NCBI GenBank assembly: GCA_051294375.1
Contig: CM119266.1
Coordinates: forward strand, 3,639,098-3,703,097
Length of the DNA stretch: 64,000 bases
From: Paraspadella gotoi
Taxonomy: Eukaryota; Animalia; Chaetognatha
Direction of reading: 5' to 3'
The notes beneath the pieces are model-generated. The model saw only the letters and a list, made by a program, of their open reading frames with translations. It was not told the DNA's origin and searched no databases. Of the stretch, positions 24,296 through 36,825 are shown in pieces. The position numbers were made by a program, and so were the translations under genes. How positions within the stretch are numbered: the first letter of the stretch is position 1; each line of letters starts with the position of its first letter.

Positions 24296-27200
24296 GTAAA
24301 CAAACAATGAAAAGAAAGGAAAAATAATATTTTTATTATATTTTTTAAACGGTTAGTAACTGGGTTGAGGTTGGTTAGGGATTAGGGGCGTTTAGGGTTA
24401 GGGGTTGTTAGGGATTTGTAATAAATTTTTCTACCTCTACCGATCTTTTTTTTAAATTTTTGTGTAGCAAGATTTTTATACGTTGCTCATAAGAAGCGAA
24501 AAAAATTACCGACCGCAAAATCACGGTCGGCGAATGTAAAAATAAGCCGATTAGAGATTAGATTTGTCATATTATACCCATTCAGAGCATTTATTCACCG
24601 ATGTACAACATAGTATGGTAAATAGCAGTTTAAGACCTAAATCGGGTTATTATAATCATCAATATTGTTATTATTATTACCCTTAAACGTGCATGTCAAA
24701 CTCCCAAATTCAGTAAGTGCACCGCGCCTCAATTCTTAGCGTCGTTCTGCTAAATTTGCTAAGCGTTTACCACGCCCAGTTCGATGCCAGCGGAACCGCA
24801 TCATACCATCTTTTTATACAAGGTTAGTGATTAAGGTTAATGATTTGGGTTAGGGTTTAAGGTTAAGGTTAAATTATGGATAAGGGTTTAGGATAAGGTG
24901 ATCGATGATCTGTCAAATAAGATCCAAATATTGGTTTTCAATAAAAATAAATTCTGCACTTGAACCCAAATTAAACGTTTTTAATCAATGTTTAAACAGT
25001 GCATGCGATGACTCTAGTCAATTATAAAACAAACATTTTTTTTTTCAAATTGAAAGTTAATTACCACGTCATTCATAAGGAAACCAAAATTCTAGAAGTT
25101 GTTAGTGAATCTTGATCAAAAGCTTGCATGGTCCTGATGGAGGATTCGACCCACCTTTAAGATGACTTTATTATTTAATGAATCAATAATTTTTGTATTA
25201 GTTTGCTGATTTTACAGTTATATAGTAGTAGAAAAGTTAACGTATTCAACTGATGTTACCGATGTTACTAATGTAAACAAACCCTAGGTCCCTGTATTTC
25301 CTTTATGGGTTTCAAAACCAAAATTTGCTTCAAAAGTTTTATTTGTATGCTCTTCAAGATTCCTCGAGAAAATTTAAGCAGCCTCAATTTTTGCAACTGA
25401 TTCTATTTTATTATATAAAGGTTGTCATAATTTTTTGCTGCATTAATGGACGCATTGGTAAAATGAGTAAAATTTTATTAAGCTTACAAAATTTAATATT
25501 TTAAAGAAATGATTTTTACGATTGTCAGGAAATTTTTTTACCCCATTATGTGAAGACAGGAAATGGATTGATCAAGTATCTTGTCTAGCTGGGCTTTTTT
25601 GCCTTTTCTTCTCTCTTGACCAATCAGGGAGCAGGAATCGGAATCGAAGGGAGAGAGATAAGAGAAGAAACGAGGTGGTCTTCAACTTACCTTCAAGAGA
25701 TAGGGGTAGCCGCACTCAATGGGGTGAGTCAAAAATTTAGAGCGAGTACATGCTCGAACAAAAATTTATACATTTTTAAGTATACTTTCAATGGACAAAA
25801 AAATATCTTATATGGCTCTATACCCTAGTAATTAATTTTTTAATATTTATTTATAGATTTTTTGATAAATTTTAAATTTTATAACCAGATTCAGATGGCT
25901 CATGAAAGTTGTCTACACAAAGTATAATTCTTTTTTAAATATTTTTATGATAAGTTGGTCAAAAATAAGAAACTATGAAATTTTTTTTTTTAGATTTTTA
26001 CTGAGAAAACAGAATTTTTAAAATCTGTAATTATATTTCTTGTTTAACTTTTTATGCTCTATCAGAATCCCTCAAAAAATTTTAGGCTAGTACCCTCCAA
26101 AAAAAAATTTTGACAAAAAATATTTTAATACTATAATCTATGCTCATGATAGATTATTTTAACGCTGTATACATTAGCATTTAAATTTTATCTGCTTTGG
26201 CTACAAGAAATCAACCTCAAATTCCCAAGAGTATTCACCAATGACCATTTCCTTTTTACTTAAAATTATAGTTTTAATCATAATCTCCCTCTCTCCTTTA
26301 TTATTAGTTCTCTGTAATAAACCTCCCCCACGTTTCTTCGTTGACAGGAAATATTAACAGAATTAAGTTATTTAATAATATTTCTATTTTGTATTGAAAA
26401 TTGTAAAATGTAGGTTGGAAAAAAAAAGCTCATTCAAATCCCGGATGGTAAGTTATCCCGTGGTGGATATGTGAAAGACTTCCCCGATCGTTATGGTATA
26501 TCGAAACCTAAAAAATTGTATGTTTTCACTCTCTAATCAAGTTTGTAAATTATTCCAGTTCAGTACGTAGTTATTAAGTCATGTTTTTACTGTGCTATTC
26601 GTTATGAGGGTGCCATCATTTCTTACTAGCTTTACGGTCATGAGGCCAGATTTAGCCTCGAGATACAAGTTGGCACCAGACATGCGACTCGGGAGCGACA
26701 GGAGTAACAGAGTAACAGGAGCGGCTGGAATTTTCTTTGTAGATTTTTCTAAAGCAGCACCGCAGCGCCTGCTGCTGACATTTGAGGAGAATAAAGTTGG
26801 TTGAAAGGATCGACACGATTGATCTGGATAGACTTTATAAATGTTACGATTCGCAAGGAATAGAAAATATCCATGTCGCTCTGTCCAGTAGTTTTAATAA
26901 GAATGAGTAATCTTCAGGGGGAAGCGATAAATGAAATTCTAAATAAAAAATATTCCTAGCTAGGGGATATATTTTCTAAGATAACAATTCCGACATCTCT
27001 TTTTTTTTCACTCGCTTTCCCTTTTTTCAACGGAGTGCAAAAGCGAGCGAAAGGAAAAACGGCGGAGCTGGAAAGGCAGCGGCGCGAAGAGCAACAGAAG
27101 GAATTCTCTGTAAGACACAGCCCTGCCCCAGTCAATCCCGCAGCGAGGTGAATGGGTAAAAGTAGGTCACGGATCGAAAAAGTGAGAATGCATTGGCTTC

Positions 27201-27789
27201 GCAACATGCGACGAACGAGCCTCCCTTCGACCCCGTTCAAAAGAATACTATGCTCGAGAAAGAAACATTTTCCTGCTCTTTCTTTCCGTGCGAAACTCGA
27301 AGAATCCGACATTTCAGCTTCGCTTTTTTTTCTACTCCCCGCCTCTTCTCAATTCAATTTGCATGTTTCAAGATAATTAAATTTCTCGCCTAGCAGCAGA
27401 AACATCGTGTCTGCGAGTCTCTGCTAAACTTTTTCTCTTCTCTCATTAAACCGAGATGATACACTGATACTCTCTCCAAACGCTGCTAAATCAATCCCTT
27501 CGCTCAAATTTTTCCTTCGTCTTTCGAGACAAACTTTTTTATAGGCTCTTTTTATCGAAACCACCGAATTAAAAACTTCGCTCAGCAAAACCTCTTCTTG
27601 CCTAACTCGAATTTCGATTGCGTTTTCGAACAAAGAATAAAACTTCGCTCAGCCAGCATTGATGATCAAAAACCCGCACAAAAGCAAAATCAAACCGAAA
27701 GAAACTATTAACCTATTCATCTACGCATCTTCATCTTCAGTATTCGAACTATCTCGCTCAATTGTGAAACGCTCTTTTCGCCGCTGATA

Positions 27790-30700
27790 ATGGCGTCGTT
27801 CCAAACGGCCAGTTTGCTAAACATCATCGAACAAGGACAAAAAATGGAATCTGTCTTCGTCGGGGTCCTACTAGAGACGGCGATGAAGTTATCCAGCATC
27901 ACGGATGCTAACATCTTGGTGGTTGTGGACACGGCTCACGGCCGAAAATGGGCCGGTCGCCGCGCCTTGAAGGAGGAGTTTGTGGATGGACGTCTCCGAC
28001 TCCAGCCACGAGACGAGGAGGTCGTCGTAGATGGATTCCCGGAGGTCAATTGTGCGGGCATTGGTGGAGATTTTATCGACGACAGCATTTCGCTGGAGAC
28101 GCCTTCGTACGCCTCCGCCAAACTGGCGAAATCCGACTTTAACGATGGATCCGCCGCGGACGCCGATGCCGCCACCGATGAGTCCTCGTCCACCGTCGAA
28201 GACTGCCTTTCAAATTCGTACCACAATGTGGGTGTAACTGCGACGACGTCCACAAAACTCGTGGGATCGCAAAAGCGGAAACGTCGCTTGTCCCTTTCAG
28301 TTACACAGCCACAGGAAAGAAGATGCGATATTGGGGATTTGGTGGGAAAAAAGTTGACCGAGAAGACCAACTGGACCGTGGAAGCTGATTCCGAGCAAAA
28401 AGTCTTTGCCTCTTGTGCTGCCGAAAGCTGTAACTCCAAGGGAGAGATGTTTGAGTCCATTGAAAGCAGCCACAATAACAACTACGAAAAGGCCATCGAC
28501 AAGCAAGGTTCATACGCGTAGAAAATAGCCGCACCCCATTATATGCACGTTTTGAGCAATTTCTCTGTAAAGTTTAATTATTTTTATTAGTCATTTAAAA
28601 CTGGTTAATTCAAATATTTTAGATTATTATCTAATTTATTATGTTGTAAAGTAAGCGTCATATTGTTTTGAATAACGAGAATAGGAATTATATCTACAAT
28701 GTATTACACTAAATATATAAAAAAGTAACAAAATAACACCATATCAATTCAATTTGTCTGTCCGTCGTTACACCCCCAAATCTTTTCGTAAATCATTTAC
28801 ATCATCGCAATACATCAAATTATGATAAATTATGCAAAAAAGTTCATGTCCGTATATCCGCCCGTCCCTCCCTCTTAGCTTTCAACGCCAATTACTTGGG
28901 CCGGGCGATTAACGTAAAATTTTGTGTAAGGGTAAAGATGTATGTGATTGAGCTGGAAATCAAGTTTTGATGGAATCCTCTGAATGGAAATGGGTTTAAT
29001 TTATTTTATTATTAATATTATGGGGCACTCTCAAAGTACTACTTAGTAGTTATTGAATAATTGGAGTAATTGAATGTAGTGCAATTAAGATTTGAAAATA
29101 ATTTTAATTATAACAGAAAAAAATTACCTTATAATAATAATTACTAGAGCATAGTGAAAGTTACGTACGAAAATTCTAAGTCAATTATTAACAACATACT
29201 AACAGTAAACATTAATTGGTTCAAAAAAGTAATTTTGTTTTTAAATTTGCCCAAGAGGCTATATTTATATATAGTACTGTACTATCCTTATAAAATCGCA
29301 AAATTTCATAATAAGCTTTTCTTAATTTTGATGGCAGATTTGAATTCCTCGTTAAAAGTTGATAAAAGATAATATAAATCATTTTTAAAAATTCTTTCCA
29401 TTGGGTTGAAAATTAAAAAAACTATATTTAATATATACAATATTAATTTTCAGTTTAAAATATAGAAGAAAGAGTTGAAGAGACAGTAATTATTGTTGTA
29501 TTAATGACAGAACCATTCAATATAAGCAGTCCCTGAGCTTTGGATGAGGCTGTAACACCGTTTTACAGGCGGGTTAAGCGCCCCGTCCCTCTTAACTGCT
29601 ATGCGACCACCGGGCTAGAACCCCGGACCTTTAGGTTGGGAGGCGAATGACTTGCCTCTGGCACCAATGGCCGCTGATGAATGGTTGGTGGATTTTAGTC
29701 CACCATAGATTTTTTAAAAAAGTTATATTTCTTTGTCAACTTTTCATGACGAATCAAAATCTGCACAAAAATCTTACAAAAAATATTTTGAAATTTTAAC
29801 ATTTATTGGATTAGTACTATGTATAAATATGACCTATTTTTATAATAAAAAAAATTTTGTACATAAATGTTCATTAGTATAATTTTGTTTGTTCCTCACT
29901 TTAGAATTTTAATTAGTTAAATTTAGAATTTTTACTACTATTTTTTACTACTAAAATCCACCAACCGTTCATCAGCGGCCATTGGTGCTGGAGGCAAGTC
30001 ATTCGCCTCCCAACCCGAAGGTCCGAGGTTCTAGCCCGGTGGTTGCCTAGCAGTTAAGAGGGACGTGGCGCTTAACCCGCCTGTAACAGTGTTACAGCCT
30101 GATCCGAAGCTTAGGGACTGCTTATATTGAACGGTTCTGTCACTAACACATTACAATAATTACTGTCTTTTCACTACGCTTTAATAATCACTAAAGGTTG
30201 TAGTTCACAATGTAATTAAATTTTTAAAAAATATTTAACATTTAAGTTGGGTAAAATTTTATATTAAAAAGCTGTGAATACCAGATATGTTTTTAAAATT
30301 ACTTATGAAGTCTTTAGCTTTGGTAAAATATGTAAAATATACAAGGAAATGTTACAAACGAAAAAATCGTGCTGTATTTTTTAAATATTTTATCATTCTT
30401 TTTATTTTTTTGTTTTAAGATAAGTTATAAAAAAAATTGTGTAATCGTTTTGGCAAGCATTTCTTTTACAAGGCTGAAAATTTGAAAGATATTTGAATGA
30501 ATCCATTTACATTTACAATTTTTTCTGCAGTCGTTTTGTTTTTTGTTGAGGGGGCTACAAATAATCCATTTTGAATTCCTTTGTTCTCTTTTTAATAGAA
30601 TCGTGCAAAGATCATGCTACACCTACATCTACTTCTTTGGAGTCCGATTATGTTGCTGGGAAATCACCCGACTTCTTTGAAGACTTGGGCGCAGGCTCCA

Positions 30701-31647
30701 AGGCAGACGACGCCTTCAATATTTATGATACTGATAGCGATACCTATGATGGAGGAAATTTTTATCAAGAGCAAATTCGTAGCATGTTGCGGTCCAAGAT
30801 GTCGGCTGATGACATCGCGCTCCATCTTAAGCTGCCACCTACAATCGTTGCATATTGGATTCAAGTATTGGGATTTCCCCTCAAGCCAGAAAACAACGAA
30901 AGATCCTTGCTTTCCCTGAAGACAAAAGCTTCAGATGAGGAACCATCAGGACGGCGGTCAGGAAAGCTGGACAAAAGGTCCTTAAAAAGTCTCATCGAGA
31001 GCAATAAATCTATTCGAGAAATTGCCGATCTTTTAGGGGTGCACCCAACTACCGTGTATAGGGCTATGAAAGCTTATGACCTGAGCCTTCCTGGTCATGG
31101 GCAGTCGTCGGCTGAAAAAAGCGTAGCGTCGTGCCGTCAATTCTTACCCGCGGATTCAAAGGTCGACGCAGCCCAGCCACAGCCGTCCACAGGGCAGAGA
31201 GTGCGCCTGAAGAGGGATCGATTACAGCTATTAAAACAGCTTATCGTGAGCGGAGCTACCGTTCGCGAGTGCGCTAACATACTAGGTGTTCATCATACTA
31301 CAATATACCGTGCCATGCGAAATCTCAACTTGGACACAGAAGGGTCACAAAAGCCGGCTATGGGGGCTGGTCTTCCAGCCGCCGGTCCTCTGCTGCAGCA
31401 TCTGTCGCTTGCGAATCCCAATGGGCGCTGGCCGGATCCTATCGCGTCAAGCTATATGACCATCGGTAAAGCCACCTTCCCTTCAGTCTACCCCGATGTG
31501 TTGCATGATGTGAAAATGAGCAACCCTGAATTAACAATCTCCAAAGGGAACGGAGACAACTTGAATGATGACCTCGACTCCAAGCCTGTTGAAAACGTAA
31601 ATAATGAAGACAACTCCGTTTTGAACAAAAAAGCGAACCACCAATAA
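27790..31647 (+). CDS. Putative DNA-binding protein, 588 aa (exons 27790-28507 and 30599-31647): MADS-like N-terminal segment plus three HTH repeats
   Basis: Phase-1 GT-AG intron (CAAG|gttcat...aatag|AA) joins two long ORFs. HTH motifs: MSADDIALHLKLPPTIVAYW, KSIREIADLLGVHPTTVYRAM, ATVRECANILGVHHTTIYRAM. Confidence 0.8.
29476..29708 (-). mobile_element. tRNA-Gly(CCC)-related element (family G)
   Basis: Reverse complement of 29950-30172. Confidence 0.82.
29950..30172 (+). mobile_element. tRNA-Gly(CCC)-related element (family G); tRNA-like segment 29975-30046
   Basis: 72-nt segment closed by the acceptor-like stem GCGGCCA/TGGTTGC, with loop CTCCCAA and a T-arm GGTTCTAGCC. The anticodon stem is degenerate, so it is not called as a functional tRNA. 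Confidence 0.8.
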
Positions 31648-32089
31648 CTAGTTCAGTATTATTTTTTTTAAATGTACAGTATTACTCATATTTACATGCA
31701 TGACAATTATTATGAGTTTTAACTTTTAACCATGACAAAAATGTGGCAATTAATATACAATATAGAATTTATGGCCCTTGCCTTTGTATTGTACCGGAAC
31801 CGTAATTTATTACAAACTAATAATTTGAAATATGGATACTAACCATGATTCTTGTCAAAAGTACTTTTCTAAAAGATTAAGCTCCTTTTTTCAGAAGTAT
31901 CCGACTTTTAAAAGATCTATTGTCGTCAATATTTTATTTTATCTTGAAACATTGTTAGCTATATTTTTTTACGTATACGGTATAGTATTATTATCGGAAT
32001 ACGCATCTGAACTCGTGTAAAAAAAACCCGATCCAAACTGGTATTTCAGAAATGGTTATGTAGATCGATTTAAAATTAAAAAAGTATTC

Positions 32090-32700
32090 TCGAAACTTGT
32101 TGCAATCATTTCCATTATATGAATGATTGAACAAAGATATTTAGATGTAAGATAGTTTAACTAGTACAAAAAATATTTTGTTCATATTGTTTTGGGAACA
32201 GAATAGTTAAATATAATATATTTGTAATAATATTCTTATAAAATAATAAATTTTAAAAATAATTTTTTAAAAACTTTTAATAAAGATTCAGATTCTTCAT
32301 AAATAGTTGAATTAACAATATAAAACATGTTATCAAAAATTCTGTCATCTTCAACGTTTAAAACGGGGGAAAAGGTAAAAATTTATGATTTTTTTTATTT
32401 TTTGTAATAGAAACTTATATATATTAAAACGTTTTAATCATTTTTTGTGATCCAAACATTAAAATATCATATAACATATTTTATAAAAAAATTTAAGTTT
32501 TTTATGGCAAATCCAAATCTGTTCTTAAAAATAAAAATAAAAATATTTAGAAATTTAACGATTTTATAAGGATATTACTACATAAATAATTGAATTTATT
32601 ATATTGTTATGCTTAAAAAAAATTTATAAGGATTTAAAATTCATTGATTATATGCCCATATGCAGCAAAAAAATGTTCAATCATTCAATCTTTTCATCAC
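32090..32700. mobile_element. AT-rich foldback/MITE-like element; inverted copy at ~59900-60450
   Basis: Long imperfect inverted arms (32220-32330 vs 32470-32600); the centre matches the reverse complement of 60060-60240. Confidence 0.65.
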
Positions 32701-33034
32701 TCCACCCTATTGGTTATGGTAACTCTTTCACGTGAACCTAAAAGCCTAAAAAAAAATTTTCTCAATTTGAAGTTAGATTTTTAACCAATTTCGAGTAGTC
32801 CTTATTCATCAATTTGTCGGTCTGTCCCCATTTTTTATTAATCTTATTGATAAATCATATACATAAAACTTATCAAAAAATTTTTTAAAAAAGATGTCAG
32901 TCAGATTTAGCTAAAATATTAATAGCAAAATGAGTTGCAATTTCTAAAGTTTTTTCTATTTCATAAACGCTATTTTTTTTATTATTTTTTCTTTTAGTTG
33001 TTATGATTATGAGAAAAAGTTTTTATTTGTTACA

Positions 33035-33160
33035 AACAACGATTTTTTATCAATACAAAATACGACGTTTCCACTCTTAGGTTTTCGAGTCTTTTCAAGC
33101 GCTGATGAAGACTCGAAAACCAAAGAGTTGACACGTTCTTTTTTTTTATTGTTAAAAATA
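33035..33160. mobile_element. Palindrome of two back-to-back degenerate hammerhead motifs
   Basis: acgtttccactcttaggttttcgagtctt-ttcaagcgctgatg-aagactcgaaaaccaaagagttgacacgt; the plus arm has CTGATGA-A-GACTC...GAGT. Confidence 0.6.
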
Positions 33161-34124
33161 TGTTTTGGATTTTACTTTGATCGGTTCTTAAAAATATTAT
33201 TAAGAGAAAACATGTATTGCTTACTGGTTGTACAATTTTTCTTTACAAGTTTTCAGATGTCTTTTTTCATTTTAAGATTTATTTTTTGTCCATTGAAATG
33301 TTATTAAACAGTAAGGTCCTTTACCAATCAGTTAACGAAATATTTTTCCCTTCCTAAATTCGACAATCATAATGCTATTGATAAGCATATCAAAAAGATA
33401 GTGATTAAGCTGGATTCTTGGGAATTTGAATTGATAACGAAAATGGTCCAATTTTTTTATCCCAAGGTACAAAATAAGGTCACTTATTTTAATTTCAGTC
33501 CCATTTGTAATCCGTAAGTCAAATGCTAGCGAGTTTTTTAGTTATTGATAGTTCTAGTTAGCCGGTTTCACACAATATATTATAACCAGGCTGCAGCCGG
33601 ATCTAAACAGCAGCATGAAGAAACCGCTCCGTAGTGTCGGGCCCGGTGCGGCGGCGCCGCTTTGCTCTCGAGTGTGAATACGCCATCTTATTCTGATAAT
33701 TTTTATTAAATTTATAACATCAATGCTACCACGTTTTGTAAATACTATTATAATATTTACATATCGTATACTAATTAAACTATCTTTTTTAGATTTTTTC
33801 ATAATATATTTTTTTATGGTTATACAAAAAAGCCAGCATCCCAGTCAGCGAAAGAAAAATTTTACCGTTTAAGTATATTTAGTGTAGTCTAAAAAAGTTG
33901 TTGCTCCCAAAATAAATCGCCATATGAAAAAATGAGAAGCGAAAAATCGTGGTGGTAAGTTATCTTTAAAATTTTTAAAACATACTTCGTTTAAGTAGTT
34001 ACTGTACTTTTTTAATTTAATTTTAGATAAAATTATTCCTACCTGTTCCAAGAGACAATCGATGCAAAAGTTCTATTTCAAACCCTTTATGTCGGTTACT
34101 TATAGCAAAGAAAAGTAACCTTTT

Positions 34125-34992
34125 TGGGCATTCCTGGAGATCAATGCCCTCTGGAGGCCTACGGGAAAACGAAGAGCAAGGTTTTTCTTAAAGAATTAAC
34201 GCAAAAAAGAAGAACGAAATGGAACGGAAGAGGATAACGTTTCATAATTTTTTTATTTTTGTTATATGAAATTGGTATAACCAATATATATTTTGGTAAA
34301 AATTAAGGTTATAATAAATTATGGTTAAGAATAAATTAAGAATAAGTGTAAATTAATTAGAAAAATAAAATAAGGTTAAAAATAGGTTAGGGGCAAGTTA
34401 GGGTTAGGGGCAAGTTAGGGGTAAGTTAGGGGTAGAGGTAAGTTTAGGTTAAGGGTAAATTAAAATTAAATTTAAAATTAAGTTTTGGCTTAAGTATAGA
34501 ATAATTTAATATTTCAAAAAATAATATTTAAATATTAATAATTTATAAAAAATATAATAATAATATTTACAAAGTAATAAAGTTTTTATTTATGATTATA
34601 ATGGTATAATGGAATAATTCGGAAAGAGTGAGAGATATCAAGGTTTAAATTGCTTTTCTCTTTATCTCTCAAAGTTAGTATCCAAATATTTATTAAAATT
34701 ATTAAAACTAGTTGAAGATTCAAAAAACAAGAACCAAAACATATCCGAATTATTAAATGATCGTGGTTATCATAAAATTGTTATTTTGTAAATATCTATC
34801 AAAAGAAATAAAAAAAATGAATAAATTTTTAAAAAAAATTTTTAAAAAAAATCCTTTTTAACGTTTTTAATATCATTGTTGTTACGGTTTTAAATTTTAT
34901 TTTCCGTAAAAAAACGAACTTTATTTTTACCTCTTCTTTCTCTTTCTTTTCCCATAAGCCTCCAGAGCGAATTCAACTCCGGGATCGCCCAT
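34125..34992. mobile_element. ~870-bp MITE-like element with ~55-bp imperfect TIRs and internal TTAGGG-like repeats
   Basis: tgggcattcctggag...ctctggaggcctacgggaaaa vs ttttcccataagcctccagag...ctccgggatcgccca. Confidence 0.6.
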
Positions 34993-35440
34993 TTTTGAGT
35001 CTTATTGATAACTGATTGCTCTCTCTCAATATTTTTCGACTAATTAAATTTAACATTTCAAAACTTTCAAATGTTTCGCCCGATTTTATATTTCCACGTC
35101 TTTTTAAAATTAAGATATTCAATATTGTTTTTCTCGTCGTAAATAATGGAGTTAGGAGTTAGGGACAGAACCGTTCAAACTTTGTCAAAGGAGTGGGTCA
35201 GAAGTTTGATTTGGGAACCTTCCCAAATGAAATTTCAAACAATTCTGAGAAAACTTTCAATGGACCAAAATTTTCTAAAATGGCTAGAAGCACTAGTAAT
35301 TAATTTTTTAATATTTATTTATAGATAAGAAATGTCAAATTATTTTTTAAAAATTTTTTTATTTTTAAAAGCAGATTCAGATAGCTTATGAAAAGTTGTC
35401 TACTCAAAGTATAATTCTTTTTTCAATATTTTGATGATAA

Positions 35441-35834
35441 TGAAAGAACCCCTTCCTCGACCTAGCGGAGAGGGAGAAGACGTCGGGAGAGAAACTGGAC
35501 TAAAGACCAGGACCGCTGGCGCCGTAAAGTTTATAAGTTTCTTATCCACTTGGAGTCTTGATATTTAATGGTACCTTAATAAAATAATCAAAGCATATAG
35601 ATATTCATACAATACAATCAATGAAATACTAACTAATTAATCAAAGAAGCAATAGTAAATAAATAAACAAATCCACAAAGAATCAACTAAACGTCCACAA
35701 ATATTTATTATTTTAGAGAAGAGTCCCGTTTCAGAGCAGAATCTGGAATGACCGCAAAAAAGAGAAAGAGACAAACGTCGATATCTCCTATATAAAAGAG
35801 CATCTGAGTTGTAGATATTCGTCTGGACTTTACA
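35441..35834. mobile_element. Solo LTR (394 bp)
   Basis: Termini TGAAAG...CTTTACA, flanked by the 4-bp duplication ATAA (35437-35440 and 35835-35838). It cleanly interrupts a copy of the ~500-bp repeat. Confidence 0.7.
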
Positions 35835-35993
35835 ATAAATGGGTCAAAATTTTAAAAAATTAAATTTTTTTAAAAAACTTATCCTCATCATCTGATATTT
35901 TTAATAGTTTTTTCCAAATTTTCAGTAATTAAATATCAAAATTTTAAAAAGTTGTAATTACATTTTTTGTTTAACTTTTTTCAGAATCAATTA

Positions 35994-36103
35994 GACATTT
36001 CACTAATTTATTACTGTAGCTAATTGTTGATCATGTATTCATTATTAAAGTTTACCAATTTTAACATTGTTGTACATTTCATAATGTAATATATTTTCAG
36101 GCA

Positions 36104-36145
<42 letters not shown>

Positions 36146-36399
36146 CAATTTCTTTTCACAAACTATCTCTGTCCTACCTTCACCTGTCCTTAATAAAAAA
36201 CTGAACACTATCCTTTCTCTCAACTCTGTGTTGGAAACTGCTCTGTCTCTCTCTCTCTCTCTCTCTCTTTCTTTATGCACAAAATTCTCTTCAAATTCAC
36301 AAATTGAATTGGCGCTGAAGACTCGTATGTGAGTCGAAACATGTCCGTTTCACTATGAAATAAAAATCGTTGTTAAATCTCTCTTCAAGACTTTGTTCT
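35994..36399 (+). mobile_element. Non-autonomous Penelope-like (pLTR/retrozyme-like) element with a minimal hammerhead motif at ~36311-36350
   Basis: Flanked by the 11-bp duplication AGAATCAATTA (35983-35993 and 36400-36410). Motif ggcg CTGAAGA ctcgtatgtgagtc GAAAC ATGTC cgttt, then AATAAA. A homologue lies on the minus strand at ~46085-46400. Confidence 0.72.
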
Positions 36400-36825
36400 A
36401 GAATCAATTAAAAAAATTTAAAATATAAAAAAAATTTTTGGACATTATATAGCAATATAATAATTTTAATTAACGAATTACTCATGGTTCGAAACATTTA
36501 AAAAAAAAAAATATTTTAACACAATAACTAATACCAATAATGGATTCGTTTAATGCTGTTCCTCTTAAAATTTAAATTTGGTCGGCTACCGCTAATATAA
36601 GCAGTAACACCGTGTTAAAGGCGGTTTAAGCGCCCCATCCTTGTTAGGAGGCTAACGGTCTAGAACCCCGGACCTTTGGGTTGGGAGGCGAAAGACTTGC
36701 CTCTTTCACCATTAGCCGCGGATGAACGGTTGACGAATTTTAGTCCACCATAGTTAGGGGTAAACCCACTTAATGGGGTGAATCAAAAATTTAGATGGAG
36801 TACAGGCTCAAACGAAAATTTATAC

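Noticed and set aside
29670-29708. CTGATGA within family G as a hammerhead core
   Set aside because: No GAAA follows the hairpin, so the catalytic core is incomplete.
29975-30046. Functional tRNA-Gly gene
   Set aside because: Anticodon and D stems are poorly paired, and flanks are shared among dispersed copies; treated as a repeat.
30571-31647. Active transposase
   Set aside because: HTH repeats are present, but there is no DDE catalytic domain or TIRs, and the ORF appears spliced to an upstream host exon.
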